Source of the DNA: Clostridiales bacterium
GTDB taxonomy: Bacteria > Bacillota > Clostridia > Christensenellales > CAG-138
Direction of reading: 5' to 3'
Assembly: GCA_004558825.1 (NCBI GenBank)
Contig: SFDB01000001.1
Location: forward strand, 65,479-129,478
Length of the DNA stretch: 64,000 nt
Position 1 is the first letter of the stretch, and the number at the start of each line of letters is the position of its first letter. Positions 8,814-19,859 of this stretch are shown here, piece after piece. Under the pieces are notes generated by a model. The model saw only the letters and a program-made list of their open reading frames with translations, was not told the origin of the DNA and did not search any database. The position numbers were made by a program, and so were the translations under genes.

Positions 8814-10364
8814 TTACTTTGCAAATTCAACGGCTCGCGTTTCCCTGATGACATTGACCTTTATCTGTCCGGGGTACTCAAGCTCCGTCTCGATGCGTTT
8901 TACTATATCCTTCGCCATTATAACGGTGTCGGCGTCATTTACATTTTCGGGCTTTACGAGTATTCTCACCTCGCGCCCTGCCTGTATCGCAAATGATTTC
9001 TCCACGCCTTCGAACGAGTTCGCAATCTCTTCAAGCTTTTCAAGGCGCTTAATGTAATTCTCAAGCGTCTCGCGCCTTGCGCCGGGGCGTGCCGCCGAAA
9101 TTGCGTCCGCCGCCTGAACAAGCACAGCCTCAATGCTTGTCGGTTCGACTTCGCCGTGGTGCGCAAGTATGGCGTTCACGACTTGGTTATTTTCACGATA
9201 TTTCTTTGCGGCGTCAGCGCCTATCTGAGCATGGGATCCTTCGATTTCATGGTCAAGCGCCTTGCCTATGTCGTGAAGCAGGCCCGCCCGCTTTGTTAGC
9301 GTAACGTTCGCGCCTATTTCGGCTGCCATTATTCCGGCAAGGTGCGATACCTCTATCGAATGGCGCAGGACGTTTTGTCCATAGCTTGTGCGATATCTGA
9401 GGCGGCCCAACAGCTTGACAAGCTCGTGATGGAGCCCGTGTATGCCGGCCTCAAATACCGCCTGCTCGCCTGCCTCGCGGATGTTATTGTCAACCTCCTT
9501 GCGCGCCTTTTCGACCATTTCCTCAATGCGCGCGGGATGGATTCTTCCGTCGAGTATGAGTTTTTCAAGCGCTATCCTTGCAACCTCACGTCTTACCGGA
9601 TCGAAACCCGAAAGTATAACGGCTTCGGGCGTGTCATCGATTATGAGGTCAACTCCCGTTGCGGTTTCAAGCGTCCTGATGTTTCTTCCCTCGCGCCCGA
9701 TTATTCTGCCCTTCATTTCATCATTGGGCAGCGGCACAACAGATACCGTCGTCTCCGTAACATGGTCGCCCGCACAGCGCTGTATCGCAAGCGCAACGAT
9801 ATTTCTCGCGCGCCTATCGGCCTCTTCCTTCGTTTTTGCTTCTATCTCCCTTATAAGTACGCCCGCGTCATGCCTTGCCTCACGAACGACATTGTTTATC
9901 AATATTTCCTTTGCCTCGTCACGCGTCATGCCCGATATGCGCTCAAGCTCGCTGAGCTCCTTGGCATGGAGCTCCCTAATCTCGCTTTCCATCGCTTCGG
10001 CATCTTTAAGCTTTTTGTTCAGTGAAGCTTCGCGCAGCTCTATGCTTGCGTACTTATTGTCAAGCAGCTCCTCTCGCTGCTGAAGTCTGCGCTCCGAGCG
10101 CTGCAGCTCGTTTCGTCTGTCCCTGTTTTCTTTCTCATTCTCGCTTTTAATGCGGTAAACTTCTTCCTTCGCCTCAAGTATTTTCTCTTTCTTAAGCGTT
10201 TCCGCCTTTTTCTGAGCATCCTCGAGAAGCTTCTGCACAGCGTCCTCGGCCTTGCCGATTTTCGCTTCGGCTATCCTCATCCTGTAGTTATAGCCGACCA
10301 CCGCACCTATAACAAGAGTGATGATACCCGTCGCTATGGGTATCACTACATCATACCACTGCAA
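8814..10364 (-). CDS. rny: Ribonuclease Y
   Basis: 516 aa. N-terminal TM helix, long coiled coil, KH domain ([12 protein letters not shown]) and HD domain (LLHDIGKA). TTG start with a GGAGG RBS. Confidence 0.93.
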   Translation of the reverse strand: MQWYDVVIPIATGIITLVIGAVVGYNYRMRIAEAKIGKAEDAVQKLLEDAQKKAETLKKEKILEAKEEVYRIKSENEKENRDRRNELQRSERRLQQREELLDNKYASIELREASLNKKLKDAEAMESEIRELHAKELSELERISGMTRDEAKEILINNVVREARHDAGVLIREIEAKTKEEADRRARNIVALAIQRCAGDHVTETTVSVVPLPNDEMKGRIIGREGRNIRTLETATGVDLIIDDTPEAVILSGFDPVRREVARIALEKLILDGRIHPARIEEMVEKARKEVDNNIREAGEQAVFEAGIHGLHHELVKLLGRLRYRTSYGQNVLRHSIEVSHLAGIMAAEIGANVTLTKRAGLLHDIGKALDHEIEGSHAQIGADAAKKYRENNQVVNAILAHHGEVEPTSIEAVLVQAADAISAARPGARRETLENYIKRLEKLEEIANSFEGVEKSFAIQAGREVRILVKPENVNDADTVIMAKDIVKRIETELEYPGQIKVNVIRETRAVEFAK

Positions 10365-10474
10365 TTATGCTTACCTCCGAAATCTATATAAAATCCAAGC
10401 CTAAGAAATTCTTACGCCCGAAATGTATCCGTGCTGAAAATAGCTTACCATGACACACATACAGATAAAGTTTA

Positions 10475-10512
10475 TACCCAAAGCGCCCCGATGTCAATAA
10501 CACACGGGGCGC
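10475..10512 (-). terminator. Intrinsic terminator after recA
   Basis: GCGCCCCG-14 nt-CGGGGCGC stem followed by UUUGGGUA. Confidence 0.55.
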
Positions 10513-10550
10513 ACAAGGTAAATCGACATTATATATAATTGTGCCGTTTA

Positions 10551-11552
10551 TTATTCCGCCGTTTCCTCCTCGCCCTCTATGAGCTTGCGCACCTTTGCCT
10601 CTATCTCTGCGCAAAGCTCGGGGTTTTCTTTAAGAAACGTACGCGCGTTATCGCGTCCCTGCGCGATACGCATGTCTCCGTAAGAGAACCATGCTCCCGC
10701 CTTCTGTATGACCTTCTTATCTACCGCAATGTCGAGCAGAGAGCCTTCCTTCGATATGCCTTCGCCGTAAACTATGTCAAACTCGGCCGTCTTGAACGGC
10801 GGGGCAACCTTATTCTTGACCACCTTTATGCGCGTCCTGTTGCCTATAACATCGCTGCCGTTCTTGATGCTGTCGACCTTCCTTACGTCGAGCCTTATAG
10901 ACGCGTAATACTTCAGCGCCCGCCCGCCTGTCGTCGTCTCGGGGTTCCCGTACATTACGCCGACTTTTTCACGGAGCTGGTTTATAAATATAACAACCGT
11001 GTTCGTTTTCCCTATGACGCCCGCAAGTTTCCTCAGAGCCTGCGACATGAGTCTTGCCTGCAGGCCGACATGCGAATCGCCCATGTCGCCCTCTATCTCG
11101 GCCTTTGGCACGAGCGCCGCTACAGAATCGACAACAACTATATCGACCGCGCCGCTTCTGACAAGCGTTTCCGTTATTTCAAGCGCCTGCTCGCCCGTAT
11201 CGGGCTGCGACACAAACAGCTCGTCCACGTTTACTCCCAGATTGCGCGCATATACGGGATCAAGCGCGTGCTCCGCATCGATGAATGCCGCAGTGCCGCC
11301 GCGCTTTTGGGATTCTGCAACGATATGGAGCGCAACCGTCGTTTTACCGGAGGACTCGGGGCCGTATATCTCGATAATTCTGCCGCGCGGAACTCCGCCG
11401 ACACCGAGCGCGTAATCAAGCTCCAGGCATCCCGTGGGTATGACCGAAATGCCGTCCTTAAGCGCGGAATCGCCGAGCTTCATTATAGCGCCCTTTCCAA
11501 ACTGTTTCTCAATTTGAGCCAGCGCCGCCTCCAAAGCTTTGTCTTTCTCCAT
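10551..11552 (-). CDS. recA: Recombinase RecA
   Basis: 333 aa. [24 protein letters not shown]-terminus and Walker [10 protein letters not shown]. Confidence 0.97.
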   Translation of the reverse strand: MEKDKALEAALAQIEKQFGKGAIMKLGDSALKDGISVIPTGCLELDYALGVGGVPRGRIIEIYGPESSGKTTVALHIVAESQKRGGTAAFIDAEHALDPVYARNLGVNVDELFVSQPDTGEQALEITETLVRSGAVDIVVVDSVAALVPKAEIEGDMGDSHVGLQARLMSQALRKLAGVIGKTNTVVIFINQLREKVGVMYGNPETTTGGRALKYYASIRLDVRKVDSIKNGSDVIGNRTRIKVVKNKVAPPFKTAEFDIVYGEGISKEGSLLDIAVDKKVIQKAGAWFSYGDMRIAQGRDNARTFLKENPELCAEIEAKVRKLIEGEEETAE

Positions 11553-11609
11553 ATCAATTACCGTCCTTTCGCAAGTATCAATTAATTATACCATTCGTTA
11601 TTGCTTTTG

Positions 11610-12848
11610 TCATTCCGCATCAAGCGTCTTTTTAAGAAGCATCAGAGCGCTGAGCGCCGCGCTCCTGCGTATGCGCTCACGGCTTCCGCCCAAGTCAAGC
11701 CTCTCTACGACAGTGCCTTTGTCCGAAGCCGCCGCAATATATACAAGCCCTACCGGTTTTTCGGGTGTCCCGCCGCCCGGCCCCGCTATACCCGTCGTTG
11801 CAAGTCCAATATCCGAACACGCCGTTTTTCTTATGCCCTCCGCCATTTCGCGCGCCGTCTCCCCGCTGACCGCTCCGTATTTTTCAAGCGTTTCGTGCTT
11901 TACGCCGAGACGCGATGCCTTAGCTTCGTTTGAATAGGTCACAGCCCCTTCCAAAAACCATTCGGAGCTGCCCGGCACGTTTATAAGCATTGACGCTATC
12001 ATTCCGCCCGTACAGCTTTCAGCGACCGCAAGCGTAGCACCATTCTCTCGCATAAGCCCCGCGCAAACCTCGTATAGCTCAAGCCCGTCCGTCGAGTACA
12101 CGGCGTCGCCGAGGCGCGACGTTATTTCATCCGCAATCGGCTTTACAAGGCGTTCGCCCTCGGCCTTATCGGCGCATTTCGCCGTCACGCGAAGCTTCAT
12201 TTCGCCCGAAAGCGCATACGGGGCAATCGTGGGATTTGTCTGCGCCTGCATCATATCCGCAAGCATTGCGTCAACGGTCGACTCACCTATGCCGAACACG
12301 CGCAGCTCGCGCGTATAAAGCGTGCGTCCGCTCCTTCGCGCAAGATAAGGCATTACACTTTCATCGAACATGGGCTCCATTTCTTTCGGCGGGCCCGGCA
12401 TGAGCACTATTGCGCAGCCGTCGGTCTCGATTATGCAGCCCGGCGCTGTGCCGTTATTATTCTTGAGTATTATGCAGCCCTCGGGCATCATCGCCTGTTT
12501 TGCGTTGTTTTCGCTCATGGGCCTGTGTATCACCCTCTCAAAGCGCTCCTTCATTGCGCTAAGAGATTCCTCGTCGAGCACCAGCCTTTTCCCCGCAACT
12601 CTCGCGGCAGTTTCTTTCGTTATGTCGTCGCCCGTCGGACCAAGGCCGCCCGTAATAATCACTATGTCAGAGCGCTCCGCGGCTCGCTTTACCGTATCAA
12701 ACAGCCTTTGCTCATTATCTCCGACGGTGGAGCTGTAGTAATGATCCACGCCTGCTTCGGCAAGTCTTTGCGCAATAAATCTGGCGTTCGTATCGAGTAT
12801 CTGCCCCATAAGCAGCTCGGTTCCGACGGAAATTATTTCAGCCTTCAT
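11610..12848 (-). CDS. cinA: Competence/damage-inducible protein CinA (MoCF-binding domain plus PncC-type nicotinamide-nucleotide amidase domain)
   Basis: MKAEIISVGTELLMGQILDTN N-terminus. Start set to the ATG at 12848, which has a GAGG RBS. The track ORF starts at a GTG at 12860. Confidence 0.9.
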   Translation of the reverse strand: MKAEIISVGTELLMGQILDTNARFIAQRLAEAGVDHYYSSTVGDNEQRLFDTVKRAAERSDIVIITGGLGPTGDDITKETAARVAGKRLVLDEESLSAMKERFERVIHRPMSENNAKQAMMPEGCIILKNNNGTAPGCIIETDGCAIVLMPGPPKEMEPMFDESVMPYLARRSGRTLYTRELRVFGIGESTVDAMLADMMQAQTNPTIAPYALSGEMKLRVTAKCADKAEGERLVKPIADEITSRLGDAVYSTDGLELYEVCAGLMRENGATLAVAESCTGGMIASMLINVPGSSEWFLEGAVTYSNEAKASRLGVKHETLEKYGAVSGETAREMAEGIRKTACSDIGLATTGIAGPGGGTPEKPVGLVYIAAASDKGTVVERLDLGGSRERIRRSAALSALMLLKKTLDAE

Positions 12849-12856
12849 CGTACGCC

Positions 12857-13408
12857 TCACATGCTCGTAACTGCGCCCTTATTTTTCACGATGTACTCAA
12901 CCGCCGACCAAATCGACAGCGCCACCGATATCCATAGCGCCACCCGGCCCGCAGTCAGTAAAAACGCAAGAGGCGACGTTTCCTGCAGCGGCATTCCGAT
13001 GAGTATAAGCATAACTGCTACGCATTGCATGACCGTCTTTATCTTTCCGACCTTGCCTGCAGCAATAACGTTGCCCTTCGAGGCCGAAACAAGTCTGAAG
13101 CCGCTTATTACAAATTCGCGTCCTATGGTGATAAATGTCGCTATCGGGTGCACGGTTCCGCTCGCCGTAAGCATTATAACAGCGCTCGCCGTAAGAAGCT
13201 TATCGGCTATCGGATCCATAAGCTTGCCGAAATCGGTCACCAAATTGTGCTTTCGCGCGTATTTGCCGTCAATAACGTCGGTCGCATACGCAAGGATGAA
13301 TATAATCGCGGCAATGTGTTCCCTGCACTCTATCGGGATGTAGAAGCACGCAATGAAAAACGGTATCATCACCATACGCAGCATTGTCAGCTTATTAGGT
13401 AGATTCAT
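12857..13408 (-). CDS. pgsA: CDP-diacylglycerol--glycerol-3-phosphate 3-phosphatidyltransferase
   Basis: 183 aa. CDP-alcohol phosphatransferase motif (DGKYARK..G..MDPIADK). 4-nt overlap with rimO. Confidence 0.9.
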   Translation of the reverse strand: MNLPNKLTMLRMVMIPFFIACFYIPIECREHIAAIIFILAYATDVIDGKYARKHNLVTDFGKLMDPIADKLLTASAVIMLTASGTVHPIATFITIGREFVISGFRLVSASKGNVIAAGKVGKIKTVMQCVAVMLILIGMPLQETSPLAFLLTAGRVALWISVALSIWSAVEYIVKNKGAVTSM

Positions 13409-14700
13409 ACTCTTTCCCCCATAATGTCATATTCCATGGCTCGTGTGAGCCTAACGTCAGTGTAGTCTCCTTCGCGCAGCCCGCCGCCGCTCGGTACGAT
13501 TATGAAGCCGTCGGTATCCGGCGCTTCGGCGTATGAGCGGCAATATGCGGTATCGCCCTGCGTATATTCGACCACGACGCGCTCGACTTTACCAAGCCGC
13601 GCCTTGTTCAGCGCAAGCGATATGCCCATCTGCTGTTCGTACAGCCGCTTGAGCCGCTCCTGCTTTACCTCATCGCTTATCTGATTCTCAAACTCCGCCG
13701 CCGGCGTATTATCCTCCGGCGAATACGCGAACGCTCCAAGCCTGTCAAACGGGTTTTCGCGGAAGAAAGTCATAAGCTCCTCAAACTGTCCCTCCGTCTC
13801 GCCCGGAAAACCAACTATCGCCGTCGAACGCAGTATAAATCCCGGATGCGCCGCGCGTATGTATTTAACCGTGTTCTCGATATGCTCCCGAGTGCCGCGT
13901 CTGTTCATCCGTTTAAGCACGGCGTCGTTGATATGCTGTATTGGCATATCTATATAGTTTGCGATTTTCTCGTTGGCGGCTATAGTGTCGATAAGCTCCC
14001 TCGTCACGGTATCAGGATATGTGTAAAGAAGATAAATCATCTCTATGCCGTCTATCTTCGAAAGCTCCGTCAAAAGCTCCGCCGTCATCGGCTTCCCATA
14101 TATGTCCGTTCCGTAGCCGGTCGTATCCTGCGCTATAACCGTCAGCTCCTTAACTCCGCGTGAGACAAGCTCCCTTGCCTCGGCAATCAGTTTCTCCATC
14201 GGCACACTCCTTCTCCCGCCGCGTATCAGCGGTATGGCGCAGTATGTGCAGCGATTGTCGCATCCGTCGGCGATACGCAAAAAGGCTCTGAAGCTCGGCG
14301 TTGTAAGCACGCGTCCGTATCCCGTCCGGGCACACAGAGATTTGCCTGCGCGCTTCGCAAGCTCCTCCGCAAGCCTTTCATATTCATTCACGCCCGCAAA
14401 TATATCCACCTCGGGCATCTCATCTCTGAGCTCGTTCCTGTAGCGCTGGCTCAGACAGCCTGTCATCACGAGCAGCTTGCAGCGTCCCGTCTCCTTGTAT
14501 TGGGCCATTTCGAGCGCCGTGTTTATGGAATCCTGCTTTGCTTCGTTTATAAAGCCGCAGGTATTCACGATTATCACATCGGCCGCCTTCGGATCCTGAA
14601 CGAGCTTAAATCCCGCACTTTTCAAGTATCCGAGCAGCACCTCGGAATCTACTCTGTTTTTGGAGCATCCGAGCGATACCATTCCCACGTTCTCAATCAT
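13405..14700 (-). CDS. rimO: Ribosomal protein S12 methylthiotransferase RimO
   Basis: MTTase N-terminal SLGCSKN, radical-SAM CDNRCTYC and a TRAM-like C-terminus. Start moved to 14700 because the track ORF extension overlaps ftsK. Confidence 0.88.
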   Translation of the reverse strand: MIENVGMVSLGCSKNRVDSEVLLGYLKSAGFKLVQDPKAADVIIVNTCGFINEAKQDSINTALEMAQYKETGRCKLLVMTGCLSQRYRNELRDEMPEVDIFAGVNEYERLAEELAKRAGKSLCARTGYGRVLTTPSFRAFLRIADGCDNRCTYCAIPLIRGGRRSVPMEKLIAEARELVSRGVKELTVIAQDTTGYGTDIYGKPMTAELLTELSKIDGIEMIYLLYTYPDTVTRELIDTIAANEKIANYIDMPIQHINDAVLKRMNRRGTREHIENTVKYIRAAHPGFILRSTAIVGFPGETEGQFEELMTFFRENPFDRLGAFAYSPEDNTPAAEFENQISDEVKQERLKRLYEQQMGISLALNKARLGKVERVVVEYTQGDTAYCRSYAEAPDTDGFIIVPSGGGLREGDYTDVRLTRAMEYDIMGERV

Positions 14701-17311
14701 CGGACGATTCGCCTCCCGCGCCGAACATCTGCTCGTATTCCTCCTGCGTGATAAGTATTTTTCGCGGCTTGCTCCCTTCATAGCCGCTTATTATCTTCTT
14801 TTGATCCATTATATCTATAAGTCTTGCGGCGCGTGCGTAGCCGACGCGCAGACGTCTCTGTATCAGCGAAATCGAAGCCACGCCCGTTTCTATGCATACT
14901 CGAACAGCTTCGCCGAGAAGCTCGTCCTCCTGCTTGCCGTTGCCGTGCGTCGGCGCATTCTCCTGTTGCTGCGCCACAAGCTCATCGAGCGACGTTTCAG
15001 CGAACGATGCACCCATGTTAAGCTCATTGAAGAAATTCGTCACCGCCTCAACCTCCTCGTCGGAAACGAACGCCGCCTGCGCCCTTATGGGTTTGTTTGC
15101 TCCGTTCGCATGGAAGAGCATGTCGCCCTTGCCAAGAAGCTTTTCCGCGCCGGTCGAGTCCATTATTATTCGCGACTCAAGACCCGATGAAACGGCCAGC
15201 GCTATCCTTGACGGTATGTTCGCCTTAATGAGGCCGGTGATTATGTCTGCGCGCGGGCTTTGCGTTGCAACGATAAGATGAATGCCCGAAGCGCGGCCGA
15301 GCTGCGCTATGCGGCATATCGAATCCTCAACATCCTTCGCAGCAACCATCATGAGGTCCGCCAGCTCATCAATGATTATCACGAGCTTCGGCAGCTTCTC
15401 GCCTTCATCCTCTTGCAGGACGTTATACCGGGATATTTCCCTCGCGTTCGCCTGCGCCATCTTCGCATAGCGCGTCTCCATTTCGCGGACGGCCCATTTC
15501 AGCGCTCCTGCGGCTTTCTTTGGCTCCGTTACGACCGGCACCATCAGATGCGGCAACGATGCGAACATCTTCATTTCGACCACCTTCGGGTCGATAAGTA
15601 TCATCTGGACGTCCTTTGGCTTGGCATGGTACGCCATGCTTATTATGATGTCGTTTATGCATACGCTTTTGCCCGAGCCCGTCTGACCCGCTATCAAAAG
15701 GTGCGGCATTTTATCAAGGTCCGCTACAAGAGGATATCCTGCTATATCCTTGCCTATCGCGAAAGTAATCGCTGATTTCGCCGACCTGAACTCGTCCGAC
15801 TCAACAATGTCCCTGAGGCGCACCATGCTCGTATTTGAGTTCGGTATTTCAAGCCCAATCGCGGATTTTCCCGGTATGGGCGCCTCTATCCTGACCCTCG
15901 GCGCGGCGAGCGCGAGCGCTATATCGTCCGAAAGCGATGTTATCCTGCTCACCCTTACGCCCCTGTCCGGCTGAATCTCAAAGCGCGTTATGACAGGGCC
16001 TACGCTGACATTCACTATCTTCGCCTCTACATTGAAGCTCTTCAGTGTTTCTATCAAAAGCTTGCCCTTCTCGGCGGGCGATTCGGCCGTGTTATACGTT
16101 TCCTCAGACTGTTTAAGAAGCGACAGCGGCGGAAACTGATAATCTATGGCCTCCTGCGGTATGCTCTGCATCATAAGCTCGTCGTCCGCTTCCGCTGTTT
16201 CAGGCGCTTCATATGCAGGCGCTTCAGACTCCGCATGCATGGCGGAAGCATATTCCGTCCCGTACACAGTCGCATTCTCTACACGCTCCACCGCCTTCTC
16301 GGCGTTTTTGTCCGTCAAGACGGGGTCGCATTCCTTCGCCGTGCGCAGTTTCGCCGTCTTTTGCTCCTTCTCATTCGGCTCGAGCAGCTTTTCCGCATCG
16401 GGAGCTTTTTCCTGCTCCTTCGCCGCCGCTACGGCCTCATCGAGCAGCGCGTCTATACTGTTTTTGCCGGCTGACCTGTTCTCACTGTGCGCGCCCTTGG
16501 CGATTACGCCCTTTTCGGGAAGCAGTGAAAGCCCGCCGTCGTCCTTTTTGCGTTTGCCGCCTCCGGATACAGTTATGTCCGCAGGCATGTCATTTTTATT
16601 TTCGGCTTCGTGCGCTTTCGTACGGGCTTTGAGTGCGTCGTCTATAATCAAATCGCTTTCGCGCCGCCGTTTTGTGGCGTTCTTTGCCTCGTACGACTCC
16701 ATTCTGTCGTCCCTGCGGTGTTTCTCGCTTACGTCCTTTACGGAGAATTTTGTGAGCAATATAAGTGTCACGAGTATCGCAGCGATAAAGAATACATACG
16801 CACCCGCTTCGCCTATGAGCAGCAGTATCACATATGTTAATACAGAGCCCAGAAGGCCGCCGCCTGTGCGCTGCGAAACTCCGAGCGAATACGCTTCCTT
16901 ATAGTAGTCGAGCGCCTTTACCTGGCTCGGATAGCACGGATTTATTATAAGATGGAGCAGCGACAGCAGTGTTACGAGCAAAAGAAGGCCCATGAGCGTC
17001 GATTTTGCCGTCACGTCCTCGCCCATCGGCAGCACAAGCATCATGCCGAAAGCCATTACGATAAACGGCAGCAGGTAGCCGCCGACGCCTAAGACACCGA
17101 AAATTCCCTTTTGCATGGCCGTTCCGACCACGCCTGTCGCGTCTGAAAGTATGCCCACGGCCAAAAATACGCCGAGCGCTATAAGACACACGGCGGCGGC
17201 GGTGCGCTTGGCGCGTTTATCGCGTTCCATGCGTTCCTTTTTTGCCCGCGCCTGTGCGCTCGATGCTTTTTTGCGATCAGATGTTCGACCGCTTCCCTTC
17301 TTTGCCGCCAT
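14693..17311 (-). CDS. ftsK: DNA translocase FtsK/SpoIIIE
   Basis: 872 aa. N-terminal TM helices, a low-complexity linker, motor domain Walker A GQTGSGKS and a C-terminal winged-helix gamma domain. Confidence 0.93.
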   Translation of the reverse strand: MAAKKGSGRTSDRKKASSAQARAKKERMERDKRAKRTAAAVCLIALGVFLAVGILSDATGVVGTAMQKGIFGVLGVGGYLLPFIVMAFGMMLVLPMGEDVTAKSTLMGLLLLVTLLSLLHLIINPCYPSQVKALDYYKEAYSLGVSQRTGGGLLGSVLTYVILLLIGEAGAYVFFIAAILVTLILLTKFSVKDVSEKHRRDDRMESYEAKNATKRRRESDLIIDDALKARTKAHEAENKNDMPADITVSGGGKRKKDDGGLSLLPEKGVIAKGAHSENRSAGKNSIDALLDEAVAAAKEQEKAPDAEKLLEPNEKEQKTAKLRTAKECDPVLTDKNAEKAVERVENATVYGTEYASAMHAESEAPAYEAPETAEADDELMMQSIPQEAIDYQFPPLSLLKQSEETYNTAESPAEKGKLLIETLKSFNVEAKIVNVSVGPVITRFEIQPDRGVRVSRITSLSDDIALALAAPRVRIEAPIPGKSAIGLEIPNSNTSMVRLRDIVESDEFRSAKSAITFAIGKDIAGYPLVADLDKMPHLLIAGQTGSGKSVCINDIIISMAYHAKPKDVQMILIDPKVVEMKMFASLPHLMVPVVTEPKKAAGALKWAVREMETRYAKMAQANAREISRYNVLQEDEGEKLPKLVIIIDELADLMMVAAKDVEDSICRIAQLGRASGIHLIVATQSPRADIITGLIKANIPSRIALAVSSGLESRIIMDSTGAEKLLGKGDMLFHANGANKPIRAQAAFVSDEEVEAVTNFFNELNMGASFAETSLDELVAQQQENAPTHGNGKQEDELLGEAVRVCIETGVASISLIQRRLRVGYARAARLIDIMDQKKIISGYEGSKPRKILITQEEYEQMFGAGGESSDD

Positions 17312-17400
17312 TTGTTATCTCCGATGAATGTATATTTATATGTATTATAACCTATTGCTACGCAAAAAGAAAGGTTTTTATTCGAACAAACGTTTCTTTT

Positions 17401-18861
17401 TTAATACGCACCTCGTATGTCGTCAAGCAGTTCGCCGTCTATACTTAGCATTTCGCATATTTTCAGTGCGTCCTGCGGCACGGGACATTCGCCGTCCATC
17501 TCCTCGAGCCTGTAATCCATGCAGTCCTCGATTACGCTTACGCCGCTTTCGCCGCGCGCGGCTATCCTTTCTTTCATAAGGCGCTCATCTATGTTTTTCA
17601 GGCCGACTACGCGGTAATGTTTTGTTGCGAACTGCGCTACGCCGTCATAATGCGTCGTAAGCACGCTCACCGCATTCAAGCGCGATAAGCTTTTGACAGT
17701 GCCCTGCACAATGCGCGCCCCCTCGTCGGGATTCGTGCCGCGCGCAAGCTCGTCAAGTATTATCAGCGACCGCCTCTCGCCGCGCGAAAGCTCTACCGTC
17801 TTGCTCAGCTCGACTATCTCCGCCCCGAAGCTCGAAAGGCCTCTGCGCGAATCCTCCATATCCTCGGCGACTATATGCATTCCGTCAAAATACGGTATTT
17901 TCGCGCTCTTTGCAAACACATACATGCCGCAGTGTGCAAGCAGCACGTTTAACGCCGCCGTTTTCATCGACACGCTCTTTCCGCCCATGTTTGCGCCCGT
18001 TATGACAGTCGTCCCGCGCTCAAAGCGCACGGAAACGGGCATAAACCTTTTTCCTCTCGACTCAAGCGCTTCGGCTATCATCGGATTCGTCATGCCCACA
18101 AGCTCGACGCTTTCGCCGCCGAGGCTCGGCTTCGCCGCGTTAAAGCGCATTGCAAGTCTTGCGCGCGCAATCGTGAAATCGAGCCTGCCTATGCCGTCTA
18201 TATATCTTTCAATCGTTTTGACATGCGGCTCGAGCCGTGTCGTTATCTCGCGCCGTATTCTCGCCTCCTCTTCCTGTTCCCGCGCCGCAATTACAGTCCT
18301 TTCGGCCCTTAGGCGCTCCGCTTCGGAGGCGCTGCCGCTCATGCGTATTTTTAATTCGATGCCTCGTTTTTCGTCTCTTATCCGTTTAAGCGCGTCTGAC
18401 ATCCTGTCGCTTATCATGAACGTCGCCGTGCGCGTTCCATCGCAATCGAGAATATCGAGCGCCTCCGTATCGGCCGCTATCTCTATGCCGCTAAACCGAG
18501 CCGCTTCGTTAAGACGCGCATAGACCGGCGCTATCCGCTCAAGCTGGAGTAGAAAGCGTTTGAGTTCAAACAGCTCCACGTCGTCGAGCGAAGCCTCCCT
18601 CATGTGAGACAGCGTCTTTCGTATATCCTTCATGGTCATCATCGTTCGTTCAATAAGCGAATAATCATGCTTGAAATCAGCAAAAGTCGCAATCGCTCGC
18701 CCCACATTGTTGAGCTCCGTCTCAAGCTCGTCGGCGGACGCCTCATCGTAAACAGGTGGTTTCTTTATATACTCCGCCCCATACGGCGAATCTGCCTCCA
18801 TCATGTCAAAAACGAAGCGGAATCCGATGCTCGCCTTGCTTTCAAAATCGATATCTATCAT
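17401..18861 (-). CDS. MutS-family ATPase (domains III/V only, no mismatch-binding or Smr domain); candidate aminomutase reactivase ATPase (KamC-like)
   Basis: 486 aa. MutS Walker A GANMGGKS, ILDELARGTNPDEG and TTHY motifs. N-terminal helical/coiled-coil lever. 4-nt overlap with the upstream P-loop gene. Confidence 0.55.
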   Translation of the reverse strand: MIDIDFESKASIGFRFVFDMMEADSPYGAEYIKKPPVYDEASADELETELNNVGRAIATFADFKHDYSLIERTMMTMKDIRKTLSHMREASLDDVELFELKRFLLQLERIAPVYARLNEAARFSGIEIAADTEALDILDCDGTRTATFMISDRMSDALKRIRDEKRGIELKIRMSGSASEAERLRAERTVIAAREQEEEARIRREITTRLEPHVKTIERYIDGIGRLDFTIARARLAMRFNAAKPSLGGESVELVGMTNPMIAEALESRGKRFMPVSVRFERGTTVITGANMGGKSVSMKTAALNVLLAHCGMYVFAKSAKIPYFDGMHIVAEDMEDSRRGLSSFGAEIVELSKTVELSRGERRSLIILDELARGTNPDEGARIVQGTVKSLSRLNAVSVLTTHYDGVAQFATKHYRVVGLKNIDERLMKERIAARGESGVSVIEDCMDYRLEEMDGECPVPQDALKICEMLSIDGELLDDIRGAY

Positions 18862-19859
18862 TTTTCGGCCTCCATGACATTTATCACGCTGACATTCACA
18901 GCAGCGCTCATTTTATCGAAGAGCTCGCGCTTGTCAAAATCGTTTCCGTACGCGCTTATCGGGTTGACCGTAACGGCGCAGAGCTTCGTCGTCTCGAGCA
19001 CGTCGAATTTCGCGCCGCGCATTAAAAGCTTTTCATATACGCCGCGCGATATCAAAAGCTTGCTGCCGTCCTCCGCCGTAATCCGCAGTCCTGTAATGTC
19101 CGCCCCGCTCGAAATAAGCGGCTTCACACGCGCATCTGTCACCGCGCCGCGCAGAAGAAGTCCCTTCGCCCTTGCGCGGCGTCTGCCCGACACCGCCTCC
19201 AATATTGTTTCTTGCCCGCTCGTCGCCGTTATTTCTCCGTTTACGTCGCAAACCGTCATTCGTTCCTTATACTCGTCGCCCCATATCTCGGTTTTGCTTA
19301 ACGACAGAAGCGTGCATGCAAAGCTCGTATCCGCGACCACCTCGTCTATGTTCGGCGAATACGATGCACCCGTGCAAAGCACTGCGGCGTCGCTGACGGC
19401 AGGCGCGCAAAGCGATTTTCGGCTCAGCGCACCGTCAATATACACCCTTTCGCAGCCGTGTTCAAAAAATACAGCGTTCAGCGCCTTAAGCTGGCTCGTC
19501 ATCGACGGACCCGCAAGCTGCACGCTGCCGTCGCTTTCCGTCCGCACCATCACCACCTCGCCGAGCGGCGTACTTATGCCCGTCGTGTCAAGTATCCGAT
19601 TGGTTGTGTCTCCGAGCCGAAGCATCGCAGACGCGGTTGCTATGACCGTTCCCCTGAGCACATAGATTCCCGGCTTGTGCGTCTTCGTGACGACGTCTAC
19701 GCTCTCCCCATCCCTGCCTATGGACGTCAGTCCGAGCGTTCCGCCATGCTTGCCGTTTTCACGGATAAGCGCGTTCATCGCCGTCGTTTTTCCCGCGTTT
19801 TTGCACATTCCTATTACAGACAGCGTTTTATATTGCCTTGTTATTTCATAGAGAAGCAT
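18858..19859 (-). CDS. Uncharacterised P-loop protein; candidate partner of the MutS-like ATPase (KamB-like)
   Basis: Walker-A-like GMCKNAGKTT near the N-terminus. Start chosen at MLLYEI (GGGAGG RBS). The track ORF starts at 19874. It overlaps the upstream Gx gene and the downstream MutS-like gene. Confidence 0.4.
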   Translation of the reverse strand: MLLYEITRQYKTLSVIGMCKNAGKTTAMNALIRENGKHGGTLGLTSIGRDGESVDVVTKTHKPGIYVLRGTVIATASAMLRLGDTTNRILDTTGISTPLGEVVMVRTESDGSVQLAGPSMTSQLKALNAVFFEHGCERVYIDGALSRKSLCAPAVSDAAVLCTGASYSPNIDEVVADTSFACTLLSLSKTEIWGDEYKERMTVCDVNGEITATSGQETILEAVSGRRRARAKGLLLRGAVTDARVKPLISSGADITGLRITAEDGSKLLISRGVYEKLLMRGAKFDVLETTKLCAVTVNPISAYGNDFDKRELFDKMSAAVNVSVINVMEAEK